A stretch of DNA of 64,000 bases, from assembly GCF_006345805.1 (NCBI RefSeq), contig NC_042997.1, positions 40,176,001-40,240,000 on the forward strand. Reading direction: 5' to 3'. This document shows positions 1 through 11,214 of the stretch, piece after piece; positions within the stretch are counted from its first letter, which is position 1; each line of letters opens with the position of its first letter. This DNA comes from Octopus sinensis. Its lineage: Eukaryota. Under the pieces are notes generated by a model. The model was not told where the DNA came from, searched no databases, and saw only the letters and a list, made by a program, of their open reading frames with translations. A program made the translations under genes and the position numbers.

Positions 1-855
1 ATGTATTGGTGTGTGGGTAGGTGTGATTGGACGAATGCAGGAGTTATATACGATCCACTTGGAATTTCTTGCTCGGATGGTGCAGTAATCGGACAAGCTG
101 TATAAGCGTACCCTGCATAATCCGGCAATTGTTCAGACTCAGATAACATGGGTACTAAGGAAAAACGTTAAGGCACGTTCTCAAAGAGAAGGGGGATAAT
201 TCTGTTCATGGAGTCTACGTTATGTCCCTTTAACTCGTTAAATGAAGAATATTGTTAATGTGTTATACCTATACCTAGTTAGGTGGGAAGAGTCATGTAA
301 GAAAGGCTAAACTATATATATATATTATATATCATAAAAAAGTAGGATGCAAAATGATCGCGATACAGGCAGTTCGTTAGCTTCAAGCAAAGACATGGCT
401 TGTAGAGATGACACGGAGCAGATAATACTCGATCAATAAAGTTTATTAATCAACATATGTTGCGCACTGCATACCATATGGAATTAGATAAATTCTGATA
501 AGATGACTGACACCATACAACTCCAATATATCGCAACAAAGGTTGCTAACTATGTGATTATAAATCGGTGGGAATGAAGTAGTTAAATACACACTACATA
601 AGTTTCCAAAGGATAAACTGAACGGAAGTTATGTAATTAAGTTATTACATATACGCTCTTCTGCTACTTTTACCTATTGTTTATTAGTTCATTGTCAAAA
701 CATAACTTCAATGAACCGTGAAGAGCAAGGAGGAAACATTTGGAAATTCAAGTCACAAGATGACAATTGTAATACAAAAATATATATTTTCCATAACTAT
801 TCAGTATTGTGTAGCAAAGGCTAAATTGAAACTAAATATATTTTGCACATGTGCA

Positions 856-1261
856 TAGAGTGGCTGTGTGGTAAGTAGCTTGCTTATGAACCACATGGTT
901 CTGGGTTCAGTCCCACTGCGTGGCACCTTGAGCAAGTGTCTTCTACTATAGCCTTGGGTCGACCAAAGCCTTGTGAGTGGATTTGGTAGACAGAAACTAA
1001 AAGAAGCCCGTTGTATATATGTATATATATATATATATATGTATGTGCATGTGTATATGTTTGTGCGTCTGTATTTGTCCCCCCAACATCGCTTGACAAC
1101 CGATGCTGGTGTGTTTACGTCCCCGTAACTTAGTGGTTCGGCAAAAGAGACCGATAGAATAAGTACTGGGCTTACAAAGAATAAGTCCTGGGGTCGATTT
1201 GCTCGACTAAAGGCGGTGCTCCAGCATGGCCGCAGTCAAATGACTGAAACAAGTAAAAGAG
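856..1261 (+). mobile_element. tRNA-derived SINE, family A (full length, central TA/TG microsatellite)
   Basis: Head gagtggctgtgtggtaag...ggttcagtccc with pol III A/B-box-like motifs, and tail gtaaaagag. About 16 copies in the window. Confidence 0.85.
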
Positions 1262-1354
1262 TATGTGTGTGCACATGTATATGTGTGTGTGTGTGTGTAA
1301 GCAAGTATGAAATATCAGAAGCTGGTAATCACTATATTTTAATTTTTATTTCAG

Positions 1355-1656
1355 AAAAACAGATGTTAAATTTACGGTCAAAGGAGCTGCTTCCCACACC
1401 TGATGATATTCATCATATGGTTGAAGACTTTCTCACTGTTTGGGACACACCAAACAGCCACATTTTCCCACTTCGACGCTTTCTTGAGAACGTATTCGAC
1501 AAAGATCTTCGCCACTTCTTCTCTTCTACATGTGCCAAGTTTCTACTGACTCTCACTTCGCTGCCATTGTTCTGTGAACAATATTACATGAAAGGTCAAG
1601 GTCTTACCGGAAGTGACCTCTTGTTGGAGATGATTGAACAACAACTCGCTGCTTAA
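1355..1656 (+). CDS. Terminal coding exon of an unidentified protein-coding gene (upstream exons not identified, probably left of the window)
   Basis: Polypyrimidine tract plus AG acceptor (ttttaatttttatttcag, AG at 1353-1354), then about 100 open, complex codons (KQMLNLRSKELLPTPDDIHHMVEDFLTVWDTPNSHIFPLRRFLENVFDKDLRHFF...QQLAA*). Two AATAAA follow about 210 nt downstream. The 5' part of the listed ORF 1216-1354 is SINE and intron. Protein family not recognised. Confidence 0.8.
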
Positions 1657-1861
1657 AATTTTGATGACCAGCAAAGAGTTGAAAAATAACAAAGGCAAAA
1701 TTCTTCCATTTGGCTTCTTTACATTCTTTCTATTTTTTCCCAGAGAGTTTTATTTTTATGTAATATTCTTGGTTATTATTATCATTATTTTTATCCCATT
1801 ATAACTGAGCGTTTCTTGCCAGAAACTGGTACTTCAAATTCGATATTTGTTCTACTGCATT

Positions 1862-1876
1862 AATAAACTCAATAAA
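1862..1876 (+). promoter_or_regulatory. Candidate polyadenylation signals for the plus-strand gene
   Basis: AATAAA at 1862-1867 and 1871-1876, downstream of the stop at 1656. The background is AT-rich, so the motif is not specific. Confidence 0.4.
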
Positions 1877-2793
1877 AATAATGAAATTTATCATTGTTGG
1901 AAATATATTTTTAAACAGTTTTGCAAAAATCTGTATATTACAGAAGTTATTTTTTTAATAGTTATTTTATCCACTACTGCATATGATGTGAATCTATTGC
2001 AGAAAGTGTCCATGATAAAATTTATGCTCATTACTGAAAAATATCAATAATAGTAATTATACAGTAACACTACTGTTTACTATGGGGAACTATACTTCTG
2101 AATGAATTGGTGAACTAGGTCAGCAAGAGTTTAGTATCTTGGACTTGACATTAAAATGGTTACTGTATATGAAGGCATATGAGATGGATTGTTCCCCCAC
2201 CACAGAAAAAAAAAAAAAAAGTCCCCTTGAGTCTTATAGGCAAAGGTGAGCCTCTCATAAACTTTAATGCACTAAAACATTTTTTTCCTGGATATGCACT
2301 ACTGGAGTTGGGGTGCATCTAATATATCTGTGCATCTTTTATGCCATCAAATACAGTAGATCTTTTGAGTAAAGTATGAGATTTAAATTCAACTTCTTTT
2401 TCCATAATCTTATGGACTTGATATTTATAAAATTACAAATATTTATGATATTTGTTGGAATGTTTACATTTTTGTTCGAGTAGCTAATTATGTTAAGAAC
2501 TTTATAAATGTTTGTAAATGTTTTAAAAACATAATCTGCTACCTCATTACATATACAACACCTTGTAAACAGGAGCTTTGTCAGACTATATGAATATACT
2601 GATGAAATAAAGACTGGAGTTTTCAAAAAAATGTCAGAAACAAAAAAAAAAAAGAAAAAGAAAAAAATATGAAGTAAGGTATTGTATGAAGATATCTTAC
2701 AGGTAAAATTTGAAATAAAATGAAAATGCTGGAATATATTGTTAATTCTAAAGAAATCACAACCATCAGAATTTAAATTTGTCAAAAAATGTT

Positions 2794-3008
2794 TTAATGA
2801 GGTATCTGTTGTACAATACTATCAATTTCATTATTTTTAAAAGTTTCAACTTCTTTTAAGCTGTGAGAAATTATTTTATTGAAGCCCTCAAACAGAAAGT
2901 GTCCTTTGAAACATGAACCTTTTAAAAAGAGAGGAAACCAGTACTTGTCATCTGGCCACATTTGATGATAAGGGATCCGCTCTATGCTGAACCAACGTGG
3001 ATGCATTT
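2794..3008 (-). CDS. NUDT1: NUDT1/MTH1 (7,8-dihydro-8-oxoguanine triphosphatase), last coding exon
   Basis: Translates (E)MHPRWFSIERIPYHQMWPDDKYWFPLFLKGSCFKGHFLFEGFNKIISHSLKEV..., matching the MTH1 C-terminus with its WPDD substrate-recognition motif. AG acceptor at 3010-3009, phase 1, compatible with the previous exon. Confidence 0.95.
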
Positions 3009-4281
3009 CTAGTATTAAAAAAAAGGGGAGGAAAAAAAATTAGGTTAAAATATTTCAAATTTGATTCATAAAAATTCCTGTATAAATGAGTGACTAGTAT
3101 TTCAGATAGCAAAATTACAAGTCGAAAGAAATGACTTTCTATTAAAGATATACAAAAGGATAGTTCTTTCCTTGATACAGTGAATTACTGTATCTTGGAA
3201 CAAATTGGTTGCTAAGAGCTTTCATAGAGCTGATGGACGAATGGTTAGAATGTAATGCAGATTTCCTCCAAGACTTGTTTGTATCTCCTGTTGTTATCGT
3301 TAGGCCTAACTCATCATAAAGTCAATACCACCATGACTGATATCCAATCTACAGTGGAGAAGGCTAGCCACTGGATTTGGTTAAAAAGAGACGATGAGCG
3401 ATGGCTAGAAGTATATTGAGTTCTTCATAACCAGCTGATCTAGCAAGTGGGGCCTCATATCAGTGAGGGGGGCCGGTGCGCATTGATGCCATCGAGAGGT
3501 AGGCCCCGAAACGGCATGCATTTTCTCCTGATGACCCCATACACTTGCTAGCTTCCGATATACGGAGCTTTTAACTGGTAGCACTTGCATGTGCAAGTTG
3601 TTTGCAAGACATCTAAATGGGACACAAATCAACAGAAGGGAACATTTTCAGACCTGGTACTCATTTAGAGGAGGAGGAGAGGAGGCATTTAAAATCAAAT
3701 ATATATTTAAAATAACACACTGAAATGCCTAGATTTAGATTTGAACTAAAGACCTATGAACTGGTTACCTAATTTTAATTTTATACCAGATTATAATACT
3801 GGATTATTGCGAATAGGTGCAAGCATGACCAAGTGGTTAAGATGCTTGCTTTTGAACTATGTGGTTAGGGGTTCAGTTCCATTGCATGGTTGCTGTTGTC
3901 TTATATTGTAGCCACGAGTTGAGTTGAGTAAAATTAATGGATGGAAACTGAAGAAGCTTAGAGCATGTATGTGGGAGTGCGCATCTATCATCATCATCAT
4001 TTAATGTTTGCCTTCCATGCTAGCAAGGCTGGGGAAGCCACACCAGGTTCCATTGTCTGTTTTGGAAAGGTTTCCACAGCTGGATGCCTTTCTTAATGCC
4101 AACCACTTTACAGAGTGTATATACGTGTATATTTATATATACTGTGTATTTGTGTGAGTTTGTATTTCCCTTTGTCTTCACATGCATTCATGTGTACATG
4201 AAACTCTACACAACTGTTTCCCTGCTAAAGAGATAGTGATGTTTGCATGTGGTCCACTGCAGAAGCATGTCTGGGCTGCTT

Positions 4282-4700
4282 GATCATCATCATCATCATC
4301 GTTTAACGTCCATTTTCCATGATAGCATGGGTTGGACGGTTCGACCGGGTATCTGGGAAGCCAGAAGGCTGCACCAGGCTCCAGTCTGATCTGGCAGTGT
4401 ATCTACAGCTGGATGTCCTTCCTAACGCCAACCACTCCGTGAGTGTAGTGGGTGCTTTTTGCATGCCAGCGGCACAGGGTCCAGACGAGGCTGGCAAACG
4501 GCCACGATCGGATGGTGCTTTTTACATACCACCTGCACAGGTGCCAGACAAGGCTGGCAAACGGCCACGATCGGATGGTGCTTTTTACGTGCCACCTGCA
4601 CAGGTGCTAGACGAGGCTGGCAAACTCCACGATCGGATGGTGTTTTTTACGTGCCACCGGCACGGAGGCCAGTCGGGGCGGCGCTGCTGCACAAAAGAAT
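4282..4700 (-). mobile_element. SINE-like family B with (GAT)n tail and internal tandem 63-bp modules
   Basis: catcatcatcgtttaacgtcc...ccatgatagcatgggttggacgg on the plus strand. The unit restarts at 4485, 4548 and 4611. Confidence 0.8.
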
Positions 4701-5449
4701 TGTTCAAATGGTGCTGTCCATTTACAGCTGTCAATACAACCATGTCCAGGCTATTCAATGTTCAATAAACCGGGGGTGTTAACTTGCTTGCAAATGTGGG
4801 GTATCTAGCTCAGTATAGTCTCACCTGACCTAGGCTGGCACAGAAAAGAAATACAGTTTTCACAGTTGGCACCGAGGTGCTTCCTTGGCTCAAAGTATAT
4901 CACTTACTCCACTTATCTTCATCAGCTCATAATATGGATTGGGATTGTTTAGTAAGTTCCACATGGTAGCAAAAGTGTTTCACCCAACAACTTAGATCTC
5001 TATATTTGAAATGCTATGGTGGTGGTGGTGGTAGAGATTAAACCTCAGGTCAGTCCTGATCAAGCACACCTACAATGAAAGGCAATCCATCTATGACCAT
5101 CTTGTCCTTTCTCAGATATTATGCATCCAGGATTACATTTTGCGAGATTTCCTTTCCTGTTGTTCGTTAAGAATTTAGACAGGTGAAAATACTCAAAATA
5201 CATTGAATCACAAGAGCTATAACTTCAGGACTGACATTAACTCACAGAAAGCTAATGGAATATTCAATAATTTTACAACGGCATCTACTGCTCACAAAAG
5301 TAAAATGTTCCATCTTGTGACACCTATTTACAAGTAGGTAAACTAATCTGTAGGGAATTAAATACCACAATCTTAGTGACAGGATGTGAAAAATTCTTTA
5401 AAAATTAATTCAGATAATTTGATCATTTGTAGCTCAATAGTAAGCAAGT

Positions 5450-5853
5450 TTTTTGCCGTTTCCTCCCAGTTGGTGAAATCAATGGCACACTTTTTGAGGT
5501 TCGATTTCAGGGAGTCCTTGTAGCGTTTCTTCTGGCCTCCTTTTGTACGCTTGCCGTCTTTGAGTTGGGAGTAGAAGGAAACAGCAAAAAACAGACCACT
5601 CTGGAAAACCACCATCCATGAGGGAATGGCGAATTTCAAGTCGAAAAGGTCTGCAGAGCTCGAGGAGAAAAGACGACGATGGAAGGAGCGCCAACAACAA
5701 CCACATGTGACTCTCCCTTCCGGCACTAGATGTCCGCACTGTGACCGATCTTTTCGAGCAAGAATTGGTCTTATCAGTCACCTGCGGACTCACCAATAAA
5801 TTTGCGCGAAGACCATCATCCTCGACCTTGAGGGATTGCCATAGTAGTAGTAG
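5450..5853 (+). mobile_element. 5'-truncated, 5'-inverted RTE-clade LINE fragment with (TAG)n tail and 12-bp TSD
   Basis: Minus strand 5450-5577 encodes FYSQLKDGKRTKGGQKKRYKDSLKSNLKKCAIDFTNWEETAKN. Plus strand 5578-5800 continues ETAKNRPLWKTTIHEG...CPHCDRSFRARIGLISHLRTH*. TSD tagtaagcaagt at 5438-5449 and 5854-5865. Confidence 0.85.
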
Positions 5854-5906
5854 TAGTAAGCAAGTACTGGAAGTAGCAGAAGAAAGCAACAATTTTATTC
5901 ATTTAC

Positions 5907-6052
5907 CTTCACTCTCTGCAGGAATTCCTTCAAAAGAATCAGTCTTAAATACATGAACTTCCATAATTTCAGGATTTCCCAAAAATTCAAAATCTAGCTC
6001 TCCAATTTTATCAAGACAAGGTGCTACCAGACCACATTCTTCAAGTAATTCC
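5907..6052 (-). CDS. NUDT1: NUDT1/MTH1 middle coding exon (146 bp)
   Basis: Translates (R)ELLEECGLVAPCLDKIGELDFEFLGNPEIMEVHVFKTDSFEGIPAESE(E), the second half of the Nudix box. Flanked by a ttttag acceptor and a gtaaat donor; phases 2 and 1 fit both neighbours. Confidence 0.95.
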
Positions 6053-6241
6053 CTAAAATTAAAGTGGAACATTAAAACAAAATTTTGTTATCAACAAATA
6101 GTAAATATTAATGCAAAAGCAATACAGCGATTAACCTGTCTCAAATTGCATTTATAGTATTACAGATTTATATTCTTAGAATGACTGAACTATGTAGGAT
6201 ACTTCAAACAATGGATTTGATGAAAAGAAATAAGTAAATGT

Positions 6242-6800
6242 GTCATCATCATCATCGTTTAACGTCCGTTCTCCATGCTAGCATGGGTTGGACGGTTCGA
6301 CCGGGGATCTGGGAAGCCAGAAGGCTGCACCAGGCTCCGGTCTTATCTGGCAATGTTTCTACAGCTGGATGCCCTTCCTAACGCCAACCACTCCGTGAGT
6401 GTAGTGGGTGCTTTTTACATGCCACCTGCACAGGTGCCAGGCGAGGCTGGCAACGGCCACAATCGGATTGGTGCATTTTACGTGCCACCGGGACGGAAGC
6501 CAGTCGAGGTGGCACTGGCATCAGCCACGATTCAGATGGTGCTTTTTATGTGCCACCGGCACGGAAGCCAGTCGAGGGGACGCTGGCATTGGCCACGATT
6601 CAGATGGTGCTTTTTATGTACCACCAGTCCAGGGGTCCTGGCAACTGTCAGGTGCCAGTCATAGGATTGGTTCAATTTCGATTCCGATTTCGATTTCACT
6701 TGTCCCAACAGGTCTTCGCAAGCAGAGGAGGGGGGTTGGCATGGGTGCCTGTCATCGGATGAGGTTCGATTTCAACTTCGCTTGCCTCAACAGGTCTTTT
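6242..6800 (-). mobile_element. SINE-like family B with several internal modules
   Basis: Same tail and core as 4282-4700; ggtgctttttaYgtgccacc is repeated. Confidence 0.8.
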
Positions 6801-6974
6801 TGTGTCCAATGAAAAAAAAACAATAAGTCAACACAGTTTGAGTCTAATTTCGAAAACTATTTCATGTAAATCCCTAGTTTATTGTAGATATTTTACATGA
6901 CACCACAAATATATGTGTATAACTATGCAGTCTTGCTGTGATGACTCATTAAACACAAAATAAAATTGTCATAT

Positions 6975-7154
6975 AGGCATAGGAGTGGCTGTGTGGTAAG
7001 TAGCTTGCTTACCAGCCACATGGTTCCAGGTTCAGTCCCACTGCGTGGCACCTTGGGCAAGTGTCTTCTACGATAGCCTCGGGCCGACCAAAGCCTTGTG
7101 AGTGGATTTGGTAGACGGAAACTGAAAGAAGCCCGTCGTATATATATGTATGTA

Positions 7155-7200
<46 letters not shown>
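6975..7200 (+). mobile_element. SINE family A, 5' half (NUDT1 intron)
   Basis: Matches the head of 856-1261 and ends in the microsatellite. Confidence 0.8.
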
Positions 7201-7215
<15 letters not shown>

Positions 7216-7508
7216 ATGTATGCGTATGTATACGTATAACAATTTTTGAAATTTTCTTGAATATTTCCTTTCTTCACCACCAAACATGTCGTATATTGCT
7301 GACTAGCAACTTAGTTATTGTAAACAATGTCTTCTTTAAAGAGAATTATTCCAGAAAAATAGGAGCCATGAACCATTTAGCATTTAAGCTGGCCATATCA
7401 GGCACAAATATTCTATATGTTTTATGCTCATACCAGCCAAATCTGTCCTCTTACACCTACCCTACAATGTCATTCTAAAAACATACAATCACATCAAGAA
7501 AATCTTAA

Positions 7509-8207
7509 CCTTTTTGTTACTGTATTTATTTCGAGATACTTTGTGTTTCTTTCAATTACATTAAACTAGCAGTATCGCCTGGCGTTGCTCGGGTTTGTAA
7601 CGGAAATAACTATATAAGCATTTTTAGAGATGTAAAGTATAATAGCCATCTCAATATGGCTAACCACAAAGGGGAGGTGTTACTGTAGCTTTTTACGTTC
7701 TGAGATTTAATAATAAATTTTTAGAGAGTTACTTCCTTTATATATGCCAAAAATGCATTAAAAATGGGAAAAATTGATGGTAAATTTTTTTTTAAATCGT
7801 AGACTCATCGTAGACGCGCGCTAATACCCAGAAGGGCTTGATATGAATCACGAATATAAGATACCCAGTTTTGGTTAAACTGCACCGCAAAATGTGGGAG
7901 TAGTTAGGAATCTAAATCGTAGGAGACAGACAGCACACAACCTCAATTTTATATATAAAGATATAACAAAGAATTTAGTAAAACAACTTCGTTATCATTC
8001 AGCTAGTGTTAGGAATATAAATTGTGACTAAGGTTTGGTGGAAGATTTTAATTCAAAACTCATGAAAACAAGACATTTGTACTGGGAGCCAGAGCCGGTT
8101 TCAGCAGAGTTGGTAAAGAAAGGGCCTATGAGACAATGCATGATTAATTCAAAACAATGTGAATAAATGAGTATCAGATTGGACAGAGTAATCTGAATGC
8201 TAAAGGG
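7509..8207. mobile_element. TTAA-flanked MITE (piggyBac-like termini) hosting the H1 Helitron
   Basis: ttaa|cctttt ... aaaggg|ttaa. A similar left end occurs at about 31888. Confidence 0.5.
7566..7961 (-). mobile_element. Non-autonomous Helitron, family H1
   Basis: On the minus strand it has 5' TC and 3' CTAG, sits between A and T with no TSD, and carries the subterminal hairpin cccgagcaacgccagg. Confidence 0.85.
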
Positions 8208-8574
8208 TTAAAAATATAATTATAGATACACTCCCTAAAATGCTTTTGATCATATCTATGTTCATACAGAAATCCCCTTTAGAGGAGGAAGATGGGGAGC
8301 AGAAAAAGCAGCAATAGCACATGAAGTTTATGCAAAAAAAAAATAAAAAAAAAAAAAATAGGTAACATGTTTAGCCCCAGGTTACTCTTAAATGTGCAGA
8401 CCTTAGGATCAAAGGTATACTAGCAATAATTATCTCATTTTAATTTCAGGTAGTGTTCCAGGGATGTTATCAGTTAAGCTTCTTTAAGATGGTAGTGCAT
8501 AATTTGGTGGGAATTTGGCTGTTCTTTCTAGCAGGTCGTGTAACTGCACAGAAGTTTCACTCAGTCACCATATC

Positions 8575-9048
8575 GGGTGATAGACACCATATAAAATATT
8601 GGGTGATAGTCACTATATAAAATATCGGGTGATAGTCACCGTATAAAATATTGGGTGATAGCCACCATATAAAGTATCGGGTGATAGTCACCATATAAAA
8701 TATCAGGTGACAGCCACCATATAAAATGTTGGGTGATAGTCACCATATAAAATGTCGGGTGATAGTCACCATATAAAACATCGGGTGATAGTCACCATAT
8801 AAAACATCGGGTGATAGTCACCATATAAAACATCGGGTGATAGTCACCATATAAAACATCGGGTGATAGTCACCATATAAAACATCGGGTGATAGTCACC
8901 ATATAAAATATCAGGTGACAGCCACCATATAAAATGTCGGGTGATAGTCACCATATAAAATGTCAGGTGATAGTCACCATATAAAACATCGGGTGATAGT
9001 CACCATATAAAACATCGGGTGATAGTCACCATATAAAATATCGGGTGA
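8575..9048. repeat. 26-bp minisatellite, about 18 copies, in the NUDT1 intron
   Basis: Unit gggtgatagtcaccatataaaacatc. Period checked directly (8835 to 8861). Confidence 0.95.
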
Positions 9049-9143
9049 TGGTACAAACTGATTTGCTTCATAGTTCATCTCTGATTTATAGATATATACT
9101 TATCTCTACACCTGAGAATGTATTTCAATTTTGTTTTTCTTAC

Positions 9144-9307
9144 CTCTTGGCTCCATCTTCAATGGTTTCTTCTCCAACTTTTACTTTACCTCCAAAGCCA
9201 TTCCAGTTGCCTTTGCCAAAACCACGTTTTTTCATACCAAGTAGCACTCGACTTGACTCTCGGATAAGAACCAACGTCAGAATCTTCCTGCTTTGAGCTT
9301 GGCACAT
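9144..9307 (-). CDS. NUDT1: NUDT1/MTH1 first coding exon
   Basis: Translates [54 protein letters not shown](R). Donor gtaaga at 9143. An acceptor (tctttcag) 2 nt before the ATG implies an upstream exon, probably 5'UTR. Spliced CDS is 164+146+215 = 525 nt = 174 aa plus stop. Confidence 0.93.
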
Positions 9308-9886
9308 TCCTGAAAGACAGAGATATAAAGATTATTAGACAATGAGAAAGAAAAAAAAAACGTTAGCCCTGGTGTTCAAAGAGCAGATCTATGATTAAAA
9401 GCAATTTGGCAATAATCATCCTTTTTTTTTTTAAAGGGCTTATATGACTACAGTAATGTGATCCTCCCTCATTTGACATTGCAGGGTCTGATATGAGTGT
9501 GATTTGGCTGCTACTTCTAGCATGTAGACCCTTTCATTCACTTCAGAATGAAAAAAGCCTGACAGAAATTTGATTTCTCTGAAATACTGACTATAAGATT
9601 GTATATTAAAACCATGTAAATGTAACATGGAGCTGTTTCAACACATGGTAATAATAATAAAAATAATACTCTCTACTATAAACACAAGGCCTGAAACTTT
9701 GAGCATGTGTGTGCGTGGGGGAGGGGTGTGATCTAATCGATTACATCAACTCTAGTAAATGAATAATACTTATTTCATTGATCCTGAAAGAATGAATGGC
9801 AAAATTTGAACTCAGAATGTAAAGGACAAAATAGCACTAAGCATTTGGTCTGGTGTGCTAACGATTCTACCAGCTCACAACCATAA

Positions 9887-10115
9887 TAATCATCATCATC
9901 GTTTAATGTCCGTTTTCTGCGCTAGCACGGGTTGGATGGTTCGACCGGGGTCTGGGAAGCCAGGGGCTGCACCAGGCTCCAGTCTGATCTGGCAGAGTTT
10001 CTACAGCTGGATGCCCTTCCTAACGCCAACCACTCCGCGAGTGTAGTGGGTGCTTTTTACGTGCCACCTGCACAGGTGCCAGGGGGATCCGGCATCGGCC
10101 ACGATCGGTAGGAGC
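9887..10115 (-). mobile_element. SINE-like family B
   Basis: Family B tail and core. Confidence 0.8.
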
Positions 10116-10172
10116 TTTTAATAATAATAATAAATAAATAAAAACTGATCTACTGTATATAAATAGTAGAAT

Positions 10173-10622
10173 ATTTATTTCTTTATTGCCAACAGAGGGC
10201 TAAACATAGAGGTGACAAACACAGACAAAGGGATTAAGTCGATTATATCAACCCCAGTGCATAACTGGTACTTATTTAATTGACCTTCAAAAGATGAAAG
10301 GTAAAGTCGACCTCGGTGGAATTTGAACTCTGAACGTGATGGCAGACAAAATACCGCTAAGCATTTCGCCTAGCGTGCTAATGTTTCTTATTTCTTTACT
10401 TCTCACAAGGGGCTACACACAGAGGGGACAAACAAGGACAGACAAACGGATTAAGTCGATTATATCAACTCCAGTGTGTAACTGGTACTTATTTAATCGA
10501 CCCCGAAAGGATGAAAGGCAAAGTCGACCTCGACGGAATTTGAACTTAGAACGTGATGGCAGACGAAATACTGCTAAGCATTTCGCCCGGTGTTCTAACG
10601 TTTCTGCCAGCTCTTTGCCTTA
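10173..10622 (-). mobile_element. Two tandem copies of tRNA-derived SINE family C
   Basis: Reverse complement of aaggcggcgagctggcagaaacgttagc...gagttcaaattccgcc...ataaagaaata, twice. Confidence 0.8.
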
Positions 10623-10842
10623 TAAATAGGAGAATATTAGATGAGGCATGAGTAAGAAAGAATTTAGCTGTTGGATGGATAGATTACAGGAAGGCTTACA
10701 ACAATGGCCCTCACAGCTGGCTCTTGAGGTGTCTCAGGACGCTTGGAGTTAATGAAAATATAAACAGCTTGTTAGAGAAAGCGATGAGAATATGGCAAGT
10801 AGATAGGACATGTGCAAATGAATTGTTAGGCAACATGGAAAC

Positions 10843-11060
10843 ATCATCATCATCATCATCATCGTTTAACGTCCGTTCTCCATGCTAGCATGGGTTGGAC
10901 GGTTCGACCGGGGATCTGGGAAGTCAGAAGGCTGCACCAGGCTCCAGTCTGATCTGGCAGTGTTTCTACAGCTGGATGCCCTTCCTAATGCCAACCACTC
11001 CATGAGTGTAGTAGGTGCTTTTTATGTGCCACCTGCACAGGTGCCAGGCGAGGCTGCCAA
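10843..11060 (-). mobile_element. SINE-like family B
   Basis: Family B tail and core. Confidence 0.8.
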
Positions 11061-11214
11061 CACATTCACACAAAACAATAACAAATTCTTTTTTTTTGTG
11101 GTTTATGAATTTTGTTTGTTGTTACATTGACAGGAGCACCTAAACACAAGGAATTCAGAAGATGCCAATTATAATGGTTTCAAATTTTGGTACAAGGTCA
11201 GCAATTTGGGGGAA

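Noticed and set aside
4319-4782. Recurrent ORF MLAWVGRFDRGSGKPEG... as a gene family
   Set aside because: It is a reading frame through SINE family B; frames and stops differ between copies.
8575-9048. CRISPR-like array of palindromic repeats
   Set aside because: The units are directly tandem with no unique spacers, the context is a eukaryotic intron, and there are no cas genes.
9045-9296. Plus-strand 83-aa ORF
   Set aside because: It is the antisense shadow of the NUDT1 first coding exon.
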